Assembly (NCBI GenBank): GCA_039812605.1
Contig: JBDIAX010000017.1
Span: forward strand, 847 to 64,846
Direction of reading: 5' to 3'
Source: Acidimicrobiia bacterium
GTDB lineage: Bacteria > Actinomycetota > Acidimicrobiia > Acidimicrobiales > Iamiaceae
Length of the DNA: 64,000 nucleotides
Part shown: positions 19,473-27,802 of the stretch, in pieces
How the letters are laid out: the number at the start of each line of letters is the position of its first letter
How positions within the stretch are numbered: the first letter of the stretch is position 1
The notes under the pieces: model-generated
The model's input: the letters and a program-made list of their open reading frames with translations, nothing else
Database searches by the model: none
Told to the model about the DNA's origin: nothing
Position numbers and translations under genes: made by a program

Positions 19473-20843
19473 TCAGGGCCGGGCACGCCGCTGGTAGCGC
19501 AGGAGCGCCTCGGCCCGCTCCTCCGAGTGGTCCACGATCGGCGCTGGGTAGTCGCCCACCGGCGAGAAGAGCCCGTCGTCGCACCGCCACGGCTCGTGGA
19601 CGGCACCACCGGCGACTGCGCCCAGCTCCGGCACGTACCGGCGCACGTAGTCCCCGTCGGGGTCGAAGCGCCTTCCCTGGGCCACCGGGTTGAAGATCCG
19701 GAAGAACGGGGCGGCGTCGGTGCCGGTGCCGGCGGTCCACTGCCAGCCGTGCTGGTTCGAGGCCAGGTCGCCGTCGACCAGGTGATCGAGGAACCACCGG
19801 GCGCCGCGTCGCCAGTCGAGGTGCAAGTCCTTCACCAGGAACGAGGCCACGATCATGCGCACCCGGTTGTGCATCCAACCCTCGGCCAGGAGCTGGCGCA
19901 TCCCGGCATCCACGATCGGGTAGCCGGTGGTGCCGCTCGCCCACGCCTCGAAGCGCTCGTCGGCACGAGGGCCCTCGTCCCACTCCAGGTGGTCGAGCGA
20001 GGACGTGAAGTTGCGCCACACCGTGTCGGGACGGTGGAGGAGCACGTCGGCGTAGAAGTCACGCCAGCACAGCTCCGCAGCGAAGGTCGCGGCGCCGGGC
20101 CCGTCGTCCACGAGCGCCAGCAGCTGACGAGGGTGGATCGACCCGACCTTCAGGTGGGGCGAGAGCCGGCTCGTGGCGTCGAGATCGGGACGGTCACGCT
20201 GCTCCCGGTACGCCGCGAGGCCCCCGCCCAGGAACCGCTCGGCAGCCGTCCAGGCCGCCTGCTCCCCCGCCGGCCAGCGCTGGAGGTCGATCGTCGGCGC
20301 CGCCGCCGGGCGATCGTGCGACCGCACCGGGCGCTCCCACCGGAGGCTCGCCGGCACCGGGAGCGGCCGACCCCACCCGTGCGCTCGCCACGCCCGGCTG
20401 AAGGGGGTGAACACCCGGTACGGCCTCCCCTGCTTCGTGCGCACCGTCCCCGGGTCCACCGCGTAGGGGCTCCCCGTCGCCACGAGCCGAACGCCGCGAG
20501 CGGCGAGGGCCGCAGCGACCGCGGCATCGCGCCGGCGACCGTACGGACCGAAGTCGGCGGTGACATGGACCTCGTCCGCCCCGACCTCGCCGGCCAGCTC
20601 GACGACCGCGTCCACGGGATCACCGACGCGCTCGACCAACGCACCCCCGGCCTCCGCGGCGAGCGAGTCGAGCGTGCGGTGGAGGAACGCCACGCGGTTC
20701 GAGCCAGATCCGGCGAACGCCGGGTCGTGGACGAACAGCGGCACCACCGGGCCCCGGGAGGCCGCCGCGGTCAGCGCCGGGTGGTCGGCGAGGCGCAGAT
20801 CACGTCGGAACCAGCAGACCACCGCCCGCTCCCCCACGCCCAC
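19473..20843 (-). CDS. phr: deoxyribodipyrimidine photolyase (cryptochrome/photolyase family)
   Basis: VVCWFRRDLRLADHPAL...WQWTAGTGTDAAPFFRIFNPVAQGRRFDPDGDYVRRYVPEL. The start is uncertain: GTG at 20843, 20837 or 20900. Confidence 0.85.
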   Translation of the reverse strand: MGVGERAVVCWFRRDLRLADHPALTAAASRGPVVPLFVHDPAFAGSGSNRVAFLHRTLDSLAAEAGGALVERVGDPVDAVVELAGEVGADEVHVTADFGPYGRRRDAAVAAALAARGVRLVATGSPYAVDPGTVRTKQGRPYRVFTPFSRAWRAHGWGRPLPVPASLRWERPVRSHDRPAAAPTIDLQRWPAGEQAAWTAAERFLGGGLAAYREQRDRPDLDATSRLSPHLKVGSIHPRQLLALVDDGPGAATFAAELCWRDFYADVLLHRPDTVWRNFTSSLDHLEWDEGPRADERFEAWASGTTGYPIVDAGMRQLLAEGWMHNRVRMIVASFLVKDLHLDWRRGARWFLDHLVDGDLASNQHGWQWTAGTGTDAAPFFRIFNPVAQGRRFDPDGDYVRRYVPELGAVAGGAVHEPWRCDDGLFSPVGDYPAPIVDHSEERAEALLRYQRRARP

Positions 20844-20915
20844 CGTCCTCTCTGCCCATCTCCGAGGCCCAGCCCCTGCATCCGGCCTCCACCCTCCCAC
20901 GCGGGAGGGGCGATC

Positions 20916-21875
20916 TCACGAAGCCAGCAGCTGGGCCCAGGACCTGCTGGCGTGATGTGCGCCCGCCTCATCGACGAGCAGGCAGGCGACCAGGGCGCCG
21001 TCGGCACCGAGGGCGTGCACCAGCTCGAGGGTCTCGGCTGGCGACCAGACCGACGCGACGGTGGCCAGCACGTCGGCGGTGCCGGCGTCGGGCGCGACCA
21101 CCGTGGCCGACGCCAGGTGCGCCACTGCGAGGCCGGTGCGCGGATCGAGCACCCTGGAGTGCCGGACGCCTCCGACCTCGAACCACCGGCGCGCCCGGCC
21201 GCTCGTCGCGACCGCCGCCCCGGCGACCTCGATGACCGCCATCGGCGCGACGTTGTCGTAGGGCCGGTGCGGGTCCTCGACACCGACGCGCACCCCGCCG
21301 ACCCCACGGTGGACGAGGTCGCCTCCAGCGTTGATGACCAGGCGCGAGACGTCGTGGTCGGCGAGCACTCGCCGAGCGACCAGATCGACCACGTGGCCCT
21401 TCGCGATCGCGTTGAGGTCGACGGCGCCGCAGTCGCCCAGGCGCGCCACCGAGGCACCCTCGACCGCGAAGCGAGGACCGGCGATCGAAGCCGCGATCTC
21501 GTGGAGGTCGGCGGACGATGGTGGCGTCCCCTCCTCCACCGCGCGACGCCACCGTTCGGTGAGCAGCCCGGCCATCGGGTTGAACGCGCCGCCGGAGCGC
21601 CGCTGCCAGCCTGCGGCGAGGGTCAGCAGCTCGAACAGCTCGGGGCCGGGCTGCTCGAGGGCCCCGGATCGCCAACGGCACAGCTCGCTCGCGGGATCGA
21701 ACACGGTGAACATCGCTTCGAGGCGCCGAGCCTCGTCGACGGCCGCCGCTCCCGCCGCACGAGCCTCGACCTCGGTCGGCGCGGTGATCTGCAGCTCCAG
21801 GTGCGTGCCCATCACGGGCTGGTGCTCCTCCCAGAGCGTCCACCCCGCGGCGGGACCGTCGGCCAGGTGGCTCAC
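20916..21875 (-). CDS. apbE: FAD:protein FMN transferase ApbE, with no recognisable signal peptide
   Basis: Tail of ORF 20916..22430. GTG at 21875 overlaps the upstream stop (GTGA). VSHLADGPAAGWTLWEEHQPVMGTHLELQ...FNPMAG...AIAKGHVVD...INAGGDL...DPRTG. Confidence 0.85.
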   Translation of the reverse strand: MSHLADGPAAGWTLWEEHQPVMGTHLELQITAPTEVEARAAGAAAVDEARRLEAMFTVFDPASELCRWRSGALEQPGPELFELLTLAAGWQRRSGGAFNPMAGLLTERWRRAVEEGTPPSSADLHEIAASIAGPRFAVEGASVARLGDCGAVDLNAIAKGHVVDLVARRVLADHDVSRLVINAGGDLVHRGVGGVRVGVEDPHRPYDNVAPMAVIEVAGAAVATSGRARRWFEVGGVRHSRVLDPRTGLAVAHLASATVVAPDAGTADVLATVASVWSPAETLELVHALGADGALVACLLVDEAGAHHASRSWAQLLAS

Positions 21876-22525
21876 AACGTCAGGATGATCAGGACCACCG
21901 CGGCCACGGCGCCAGCGGATGCCACGATCACCGCGCTGCGACGACGCCGCTTCAGCACCAGCTGGAGGAGCAGGCCCGACAGCGCGATCAGCACCAGGAT
22001 CGCTCCGCTGAGGTCGATCGCCCACTTCCACGACGAGCTCGCATCGCGGCCCTTGTGGAGGTCGTTCATCACACCGATGAAGCCCTGCTGCTCGATGGAG
22101 ACCTGGTAGTCGCCGCTCTCGGTGTCGAAGGTGGCATCGGCGGCGTAGCCCGGCGCCCGGTACGAGATGGTGCCCTGCGTCCCGGTGGCCGCGTAGTCGG
22201 ACACATCGGCGCTGATGTTGTAGCGGTCGCGGAGGAACTCCGAGACCCGGAGGTAGTCGACCTCGCCATCGGGGGCCACCGTGAACGTCATGGTGCCCGA
22301 CCCGGTGGTGACGGTGGGGTCCTGGCCGAAGGTCCACTCCGGATGGTTCAGCGTGATGCCGGTGATCCCGAAGAACAGGACGAGCAGGAGGGCGACCATG
22401 CTGGCGTAGGCGTGGACGATCCTGGACCACTTCTGGGTCGAGGCCGATCGCGACCGCTTGCGGGGCGACCGCGTGCGGGGCGGCGGTGCGGCCGGCTCCA
22501 CGTCGGCGTCGAGGGTGTCGGTCAT
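21872..22525 (-). CDS. PepSY-associated TM-helix family membrane protein
   Basis: KWSRIVHAYASMVALLLVLFFGITGITLNHPEW, an extracytoplasmic segment of about 110 aa, then MNDLHKGRDASSSWKWAIDLSGAILVLIALSGLLL. Confidence 0.75.
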   Translation of the reverse strand: MTDTLDADVEPAAPPPRTRSPRKRSRSASTQKWSRIVHAYASMVALLLVLFFGITGITLNHPEWTFGQDPTVTTGSGTMTFTVAPDGEVDYLRVSEFLRDRYNISADVSDYAATGTQGTISYRAPGYAADATFDTESGDYQVSIEQQGFIGVMNDLHKGRDASSSWKWAIDLSGAILVLIALSGLLLQLVLKRRRRSAVIVASAGAVAAVVLIILTL

Positions 22526-22529
22526 GGGC

Positions 22530-23237
22530 TCAGGCGGTGTAGGTGGCGGTGGCGGCGGAGAGGTCGGTGGCGTCGGGCATCGACGCCGTGGCCGAGGCCG
22601 TTCCGAGGGAGATGTTCGTGCTCGTCAGGCTGTGGGAGCCGTGCTCGACCGCGGATTCGATGAGCACGACGTAGTCGCCCTGGCTCGCTCGTGCCCCGGT
22701 CGTGTCGGTGCCGTCCCACGACAGCGTGTAGCTGCCAGCCGCCCGGGTGGCGCTGGTGGTGGTGGTGAGGTAGTCGGAGCTGGTTTCGCTGACCGCGGTG
22801 TACCAGCTCGTCAGGTTGTTGATCCACCGGTTGCCCTTCGGCGCGTCGTACCAGACCCCGAGGTTCGCGACGACGTCGCCATCGGGGGTCTCCACCCACA
22901 CCGCGATGTAGGGGTTGTGGCCGCCCCCGCTCCCCGACGAGAAGGTGAACGCCACCTCCATGGAGGCGCCGTCGGGCAGCGCGTCGCCGGTCGTCGTGGA
23001 CGGCGTGGAGGTGGTGGCGCCGTCGTCTGCTGCGGTGGTCCCACCGGTGGTGGTGGTGTCGCTCGAGCTCGCGGCCCCCGTGGTGGTGGTCGCGTCGGCG
23101 AAGGTGTCCGCGTCGTCGCCCTTGCTGCAGGCCGCGGCCAAGGCGGGGAAGGCGGCGAGGGCGCCGACAGCGGCGGCCCTCTTCAGGAACTCGCGACGCT
23201 GGGTGGCTTCGAAGCGAGGGAGGCGGGGAGATTCCAT
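22530..23237 (-). CDS. DUF2271-like Tat-exported lipoprotein (candidate ApbE flavinylation substrate)
   Basis: Twin-arginine motif plus lipobox (QRREFLKRAAAVGALAAFPALAAAC), a Thr-rich linker, then HNPYIAVWVETPDG...NRWINNLTSWY...TTTSATRAAGSYTLSWDGTD. Confidence 0.7.
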   Translation of the reverse strand: MESPRLPRFEATQRREFLKRAAAVGALAAFPALAAACSKGDDADTFADATTTTGAASSSDTTTTGGTTAADDGATTSTPSTTTGDALPDGASMEVAFTFSSGSGGGHNPYIAVWVETPDGDVVANLGVWYDAPKGNRWINNLTSWYTAVSETSSDYLTTTTSATRAAGSYTLSWDGTDTTGARASQGDYVVLIESAVEHGSHSLTSTNISLGTASATASMPDATDLSAATATYTA

Positions 23238-23301
23238 GGCGCGGACCTTACGAACGATCCCTGGGAGTTCGCTGGGAATCCATCCAAGCTTTCCTTGGAC
23301 C

Positions 23302-25086
23302 TCAGTCGTCGAGCTTGAGGGCGGCGATGAACGCCTCCTGGGGGACCTCGACGCGGCCGATGTTCTTCATCCGCTTCTTGCCCTCCTTCTGCTTCTCGAG
23401 CAGCTTGCGCTTGCGGGTGATGTCGCCGCCGTAGCACTTGGCGAGGACGTCCTTGCGCTTGGCCTTCACGGTCTGGCGGCTGATGATGCGCCCCCCGATC
23501 GCCGCCTGGATCGGCACGTCGAACATCTGGCGCGGGATCAGCTCGCGGAGCTTCTCGCACATCCGCCGGCCGTAGTCCTCGGCCTTGTCCTTGTGGATGA
23601 TCTGGCTGAACGCGTCGACGGGGACCGAGTTGAGCAGCACGTCGACGCGCACGAGCTTCTCGATCTGGTAGCCCGCGGGCTCGTAGTCGAGGCTGGCGTA
23701 GCCCTGGGTGCGGCTCTTCAGCTCGTCGAAGAAGTCCGTCACCACCTCGGCCAGCGGCAGCTTGTACTTCAGCTCGACCCGCTCCGGCGAGAGGTACTCG
23801 AGCTTGTCCATCACGCCACGACGGGTCTGGCACAGGTCCATCACGGTGCCGGTGTAGTCCGAAGGGGTGAGGACGGTGACGTCGAAGAACGGCTCCTCGA
23901 TGGCCTCCACCTCCCCCATCGGCGGCATGTCGGACGGGTTGTCGATCTCCACCACGACGCCGTTGGCCTTGTGGACCTTGTACTCCACGCTCGGGGCGGT
24001 GGCGATGAGGCTCAGGTCGAACTCGCGCTCGAGGCGCTCACGGACGATCTCCATGTGGAGCAGCCCGAGGAAGCCGCAGCGGAACCCGAAGCCGAGCGCG
24101 CCCGACGTCTCGGGCTCGTAGGTGACGCTGGCGTCGGAGAGCCGAAGCTTCTCGAGCGCCTCGCGCAGCTCGGGGAACTGATCGCCGTCGACGGGGTAGA
24201 TGCCGCAGAACACCATCGGCTTGGGATCGCGGTAGCCACTCAGGGGCTCCGAGGCGGTGTTGCGAGCGGTGCTCACCGTCTCGCCCGAGCGGGCCTCGGC
24301 GACGTCCTTGATGCCGGCGATGAGGTAGCCGGTCTCTCCTGGTCCCAGCTCCTTCACCGGCGTCGGCTCGGGGCGTCGGACCCCGACCTCGTCGGCGTCG
24401 TAGGTGGCGCCCGCCTGCATGAAGCGGAGCTTGTCGCCCGTGCGCAGCGTGCCGTCCATGACCCGCACGCTCGACACCACGCCTCGGTACTGGTCGAAGT
24501 GCGAATCGAAGATCAGCGCCCGGAGCGGATCGGCCGGATCGCCGGTCGGCGCCGGGATGCGCTCGATGACGGCATCGAGCAGCTCAGGCACGCCCTCGCC
24601 GGTCTTGGCGCTGATGCGCAGCACGTCCTCCGCTGGGATGCCGAGCACGTGCTCGATCTCGGACGCGTAGAGGTCGGGGTCGGCCGCGGGCAGGTCGATC
24701 TTGTTGAGGCAGGCGACGATCTCGAGATCGTTCTCGAGGGCCAGGTAGCAGTTGGCCAGGGTCTGGGCCTCGATGCCCTGCGCGGCGTCGACCAGCAAGA
24801 TCACGCCTTCGCACGCGGCGAGGGACCGGCTGACCTCGTAGCCGAAGTCGACGTGGCCAGGGGTGTCGATCATGTTCAGGGTGTGGCCCTCGTAGCCGAG
24901 GCACACCGACTGCAGCTTGATCGTGATGCCCCGCTCGCGCTCGAGGTCCATGGAGTCGAGGTACTGGGCGCGCATGTCGCGGGCCGACACCGCGCCGGTG
25001 ACCTCCAGGATGCGATCGCTCAGCGTCGTCTTGCCGTGATCGATGTGGGCGATGACGCTGAAGTTGCGGATCTTGGCGAGGTCCAT
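23302..25086 (-). CDS. lepA: translation elongation factor 4 (LepA)
   Basis: [28 protein letters not shown]...; 594 aa. Confidence 0.97.
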   Translation of the reverse strand: MDLAKIRNFSVIAHIDHGKTTLSDRILEVTGAVSARDMRAQYLDSMDLERERGITIKLQSVCLGYEGHTLNMIDTPGHVDFGYEVSRSLAACEGVILLVDAAQGIEAQTLANCYLALENDLEIVACLNKIDLPAADPDLYASEIEHVLGIPAEDVLRISAKTGEGVPELLDAVIERIPAPTGDPADPLRALIFDSHFDQYRGVVSSVRVMDGTLRTGDKLRFMQAGATYDADEVGVRRPEPTPVKELGPGETGYLIAGIKDVAEARSGETVSTARNTASEPLSGYRDPKPMVFCGIYPVDGDQFPELREALEKLRLSDASVTYEPETSGALGFGFRCGFLGLLHMEIVRERLEREFDLSLIATAPSVEYKVHKANGVVVEIDNPSDMPPMGEVEAIEEPFFDVTVLTPSDYTGTVMDLCQTRRGVMDKLEYLSPERVELKYKLPLAEVVTDFFDELKSRTQGYASLDYEPAGYQIEKLVRVDVLLNSVPVDAFSQIIHKDKAEDYGRRMCEKLRELIPRQMFDVPIQAAIGGRIISRQTVKAKRKDVLAKCYGGDITRKRKLLEKQKEGKKRMKNIGRVEVPQEAFIAALKLDD

Positions 25087-25311
25087 GGTGCCTTCGAGCG
25101 GACGGTCGGGGAGAGTCGGTCGATGCTACCGACCGCCGTCCGCGGCCTCGAAGTGCGATGCCGCCGTGCCGCGGTCAGACCAGGTGTGCTGCCGCGAACG
25201 ACCGCGCCGATCTCGGGTTGGCAAGGCTGGGCCCGAACCGGACAGCGGGCCGGCCGAACCGGCTGACGGGGAGGACCGAGGGGAAGGCGCCGCCGAAGCT
25301 TCCGAGCGGGT

Positions 25312-25341
25312 GTGACAGCGGAGGGCGTGCGCCACTACGCT
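25312..25341 (+). promoter_or_regulatory. candidate promoter GTGACA-N18-TACGCT for rpsT
   Basis: Read directly, about 60 nt upstream of the rpsT GTG. Confidence 0.3.
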
Positions 25342-25402
25342 GGTCCAGCTTTCAGAACGACCCGGATCATCCGACCCGACCCCAAGTGGAGCCCGCAGTC
25401 CC

Positions 25403-25669
25403 GTGGCCAACATCAAGAGCCAGATCAAGCGCAACAAGCAGAACGAGAAGCGGCGCGTGCGCAACAAGGCGGTGCGCTCCGAGCTGCGCACCCGCACCAA
25501 GGGCGCCGTCGCCGCCGCCGAGACCGGCGCGGACAACGCTGCCGACGCCGAGCGCCTCGCCATGAAGCGCATCGACAAGGCCGCCACCAAGGGCGTGATC
25601 CACAAGAACGCGGCCGCTCGCCGCAAGTCGCGCCTCGCGAAGCGGCTCGCCGCCGCCCAGGCCGACTGA
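25403..25669 (+). CDS. rpsT: 30S ribosomal protein S20
   Basis: [29 protein letters not shown]...; 88 aa; GTG start. Confidence 0.95.
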   Translation: MANIKSQIKRNKQNEKRRVRNKAVRSELRTRTKGAVAAAETGADNAADAERLAMKRIDKAATKGVIHKNAAARRKSRLAKRLAAAQAD

Positions 25670-25692
25670 CCTCACCGCCGTCAGCGACGCTC

Positions 25693-25723
25693 GGCCCCGC
25701 CTCGGCGGGGCCTTCGTCGTTTT
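25693..25723 (+). terminator. intrinsic terminator after rpsT
   Basis: GGCCCCGCC-tc-GGCGGGGCC stem followed by the T-rich tail TTCGTCGTTTT. Confidence 0.75.
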
Positions 25724-25757
25724 GCAGGCGAGCGCGCCACCGCGGCGCGTCGAGCGA

Positions 25758-26501
25758 TCAGTCGCCTTCGTGCATGACGCCCGCATCGCGGTACTCCGCC
25801 TCGGAGATCCGCCCACGGTCGGCTCGCCGAGCGAACCAGTCCAACGCCGAGGTGAACCGCGCCTTGGTGAGGCCCCTCCGCACCCACGGTCGCACCGTGC
25901 CGGCGGCCTGCTGGCCCCGCCCGCGCAGCCCGAAGGAGATCCGCTCCGCGGCCGTCGGCCGCAGCTGGTACACGTGGTAGCCGCCCAGGTTCTCCGTGGT
26001 GAGCACCGGCCACGAACTGCGTGACGTCCACGGCGCCGGCAGGATCTCGTCCAAGTCGCGCCGTTGCGGCTCGCGCAGGTTCTCCACGAACACGACCGCC
26101 CGGTCGCTCAGCCATCCCGTGCGCCCCCGAAGCGACCCAGGGCCGTCGATGAGCACCAGGTCGAAGCGGGCGCCCTCGGGCACGTCGGCGAGGTCGTCGA
26201 CCACCTGGACCCGATCGGCGTCCGCACCCAGGTTGGTGCGCAGCTCGCCACGGCAGAACTCGTTCTCCTCGACCGCGAGGATCTCCCACATCCCCGAACC
26301 GAGGCAGCGATCGAGCCCCGAGACCAGCGCTCGCGTGGTCGCGCCGATGCCGGGGCCGAGCTCGAGCACCCGTCGCGGTCGGCCCCGCTCGATCTCGCCG
26401 AGCAACGCTTCGAGCGCGTAGGCGCTGGCGATCTGGTAGCTCCCGCGGTAGCCCCGGAACTCGTCGAAGATCTCCAGCGCTCTGGTCGAGGTCCACCCCA
26501 T
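25758..26501 (-). CDS. class I SAM-dependent methyltransferase-like protein (O-methyltransferase-3-like core)
   Basis: RVLELGPGIGATTRAL (motif I) and FDLVLIDGPG; about 90 aa of basic C-terminal extension. Confidence 0.6.
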   Translation of the reverse strand: MGWTSTRALEIFDEFRGYRGSYQIASAYALEALLGEIERGRPRRVLELGPGIGATTRALVSGLDRCLGSGMWEILAVEENEFCRGELRTNLGADADRVQVVDDLADVPEGARFDLVLIDGPGSLRGRTGWLSDRAVVFVENLREPQRRDLDEILPAPWTSRSSWPVLTTENLGGYHVYQLRPTAAERISFGLRGRGQQAAGTVRPWVRRGLTKARFTSALDWFARRADRGRISEAEYRDAGVMHEGD

Positions 26502-26550
26502 CGCCGGGACGCTACCGGGCGCCCGCTTCCCGACGGGCCAGCGCAGCCGC

Positions 26551-27570
26551 TCAGCGTGAGAGGCGGGCGAGGCGGGCCACGAGAACCTCCATCACCAGCT
26601 CCCCGGGCCAGGCTCGTGCACCTCGAAGGTCGAGGTCGGCCTCCGCCACCAGGCCGACGGCTCGGCGGACCTTGGCGCTGCCGAGCTTGCGGGCCTGGGA
26701 CATGGCCTTCTTCGCCGGATAGGTGGAGCCCTTCATCCCGAGGAGCGCAGCGGCTTCCTTCTCGCCACGGACGTTCGCCCCGTCGAGCCGGGTCATCCGC
26801 AGGAAGTGGGTCTGCAACGTGGCCATGACCGCGAGGGCGTGGCGGCCACCGCCCGCCATCATCCGCTGCACCAGCTCGACCGAGGTCGCGACGTCGCCAC
26901 GGTCGATGGCGTCGGTGAGGTCCCACGGGGGCACGCCCCCGGCCGGCCCGAGGTAGTCGCCGATCTCGTCAGCGCGGATGCGCGCGCCGTCGCCGAACGC
27001 CCCCTTGAGGCGGCCGATGAGCTCGATGGCCGCGCCGCGGTCCTCGCCCAACGAGTCGGTCACGAGCTTCACGGCGCGCGGCTCGAGGGCGAGGCCCGCG
27101 TCGGCGAGCAGCGCGGTGAGCCAGCCGTCGCCCTTCCCACCCACGTCGGTCTCGATGACCTGACCGCCGCACGCGCCCACCGCCTTGGTCAGCCCCGGCG
27201 GCAGCTTCGGGCTCTTCGTGAACGGCTCGACGTCGTCGCTCTGCGAGGTGAGCGACGTCTTCTCCCACACGAGGATGAGGGCGGTGCTCGGGAGCGGGTC
27301 CTCGAGGTAGGCGATGAGCGGTGCGACCTCGTCGTTCTTCGAGTACCGCCCGACGTGGCGGACGACCACGACGCGGTGATCGGTGAGGAACGGCAGCGTC
27401 TGGGCCGCGTCGATGGCCGCGCCGAGCTTCGTCTGGTCGAGGTCGACCTCGTCGAGCACGATCGTGCGGTCCGCGTCGCCCACCGCCTCGTCGATCGCCT
27501 TGGTCAGCGCCTCCCCTCGGAGCACGTCGTCGCTGCCCTTGATGAGCCGGACCGGCACCACCGTCGTCAC
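26551..27570 (-). CDS. holA: DNA polymerase III delta subunit HolA
   Basis: VRLIKGSDDVLRGEALTKAI...AAQTLPFLTDHRVVVVRH... Sits in the conserved position next to comEC. Confidence 0.85.
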   Translation of the reverse strand: MTTVVPVRLIKGSDDVLRGEALTKAIDEAVGDADRTIVLDEVDLDQTKLGAAIDAAQTLPFLTDHRVVVVRHVGRYSKNDEVAPLIAYLEDPLPSTALILVWEKTSLTSQSDDVEPFTKSPKLPPGLTKAVGACGGQVIETDVGGKGDGWLTALLADAGLALEPRAVKLVTDSLGEDRGAAIELIGRLKGAFGDGARIRADEIGDYLGPAGGVPPWDLTDAIDRGDVATSVELVQRMMAGGGRHALAVMATLQTHFLRMTRLDGANVRGEKEAAALLGMKGSTYPAKKAMSQARKLGSAKVRRAVGLVAEADLDLRGARAWPGELVMEVLVARLARLSR

Positions 27571-27785
27571 AGCGTGGCTCCGTCGGCGCCTCGAGTGAGC
27601 GACCCCGAGGCCTCCTGCCAGCGTGCGAGCACCGCGGCGACCCGCCGCACCCGGAGCGGCGCGGACCCCACCACGTCCGCGGGCAGAGCGCCGCGCTGCA
27701 GCGCCGCCAGGACCTCCGCGACCTCCCGCCCCGCGGCACGGTCGTGCGCCACCCGATCCCCGGTCCTCGCACGCTCGTCGCCCAC
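27567..27785 (-). CDS. possible unannotated 72-codon small ORF between comEC and holA
   Basis: GTG at 27785 preceded by GGAG. The stop overlaps the holA GTG (GTGA). About 90 percent G/C at third positions. No family recognised. Confidence 0.3.
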   Translation of the reverse strand: MGDERARTGDRVAHDRAAGREVAEVLAALQRGALPADVVGSAPLRVRRVAAVLARWQEASGSLTRGADGATL

Positions 27786-27802
27786 GGCTCCGACCCTACC
27801 GA

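Noticed and set aside
19473-23237. Genomic island or mobile element carrying the photolyase and flavinylation genes
   Set aside because: There is no integrase or transposase, no tRNA, no flanking direct repeats, and no visible compositional shift. It is treated as an old insertion or rearrangement, not a mobile element.
25087-25402. Small RNA or tRNA in the 316-bp lepA-rpsT intergenic region
   Set aside because: No tRNA-like T-loop (GGTTCGAATCC-type) or cloverleaf is visible. The region is adequately explained as two divergent promoters plus the rpsT leader.
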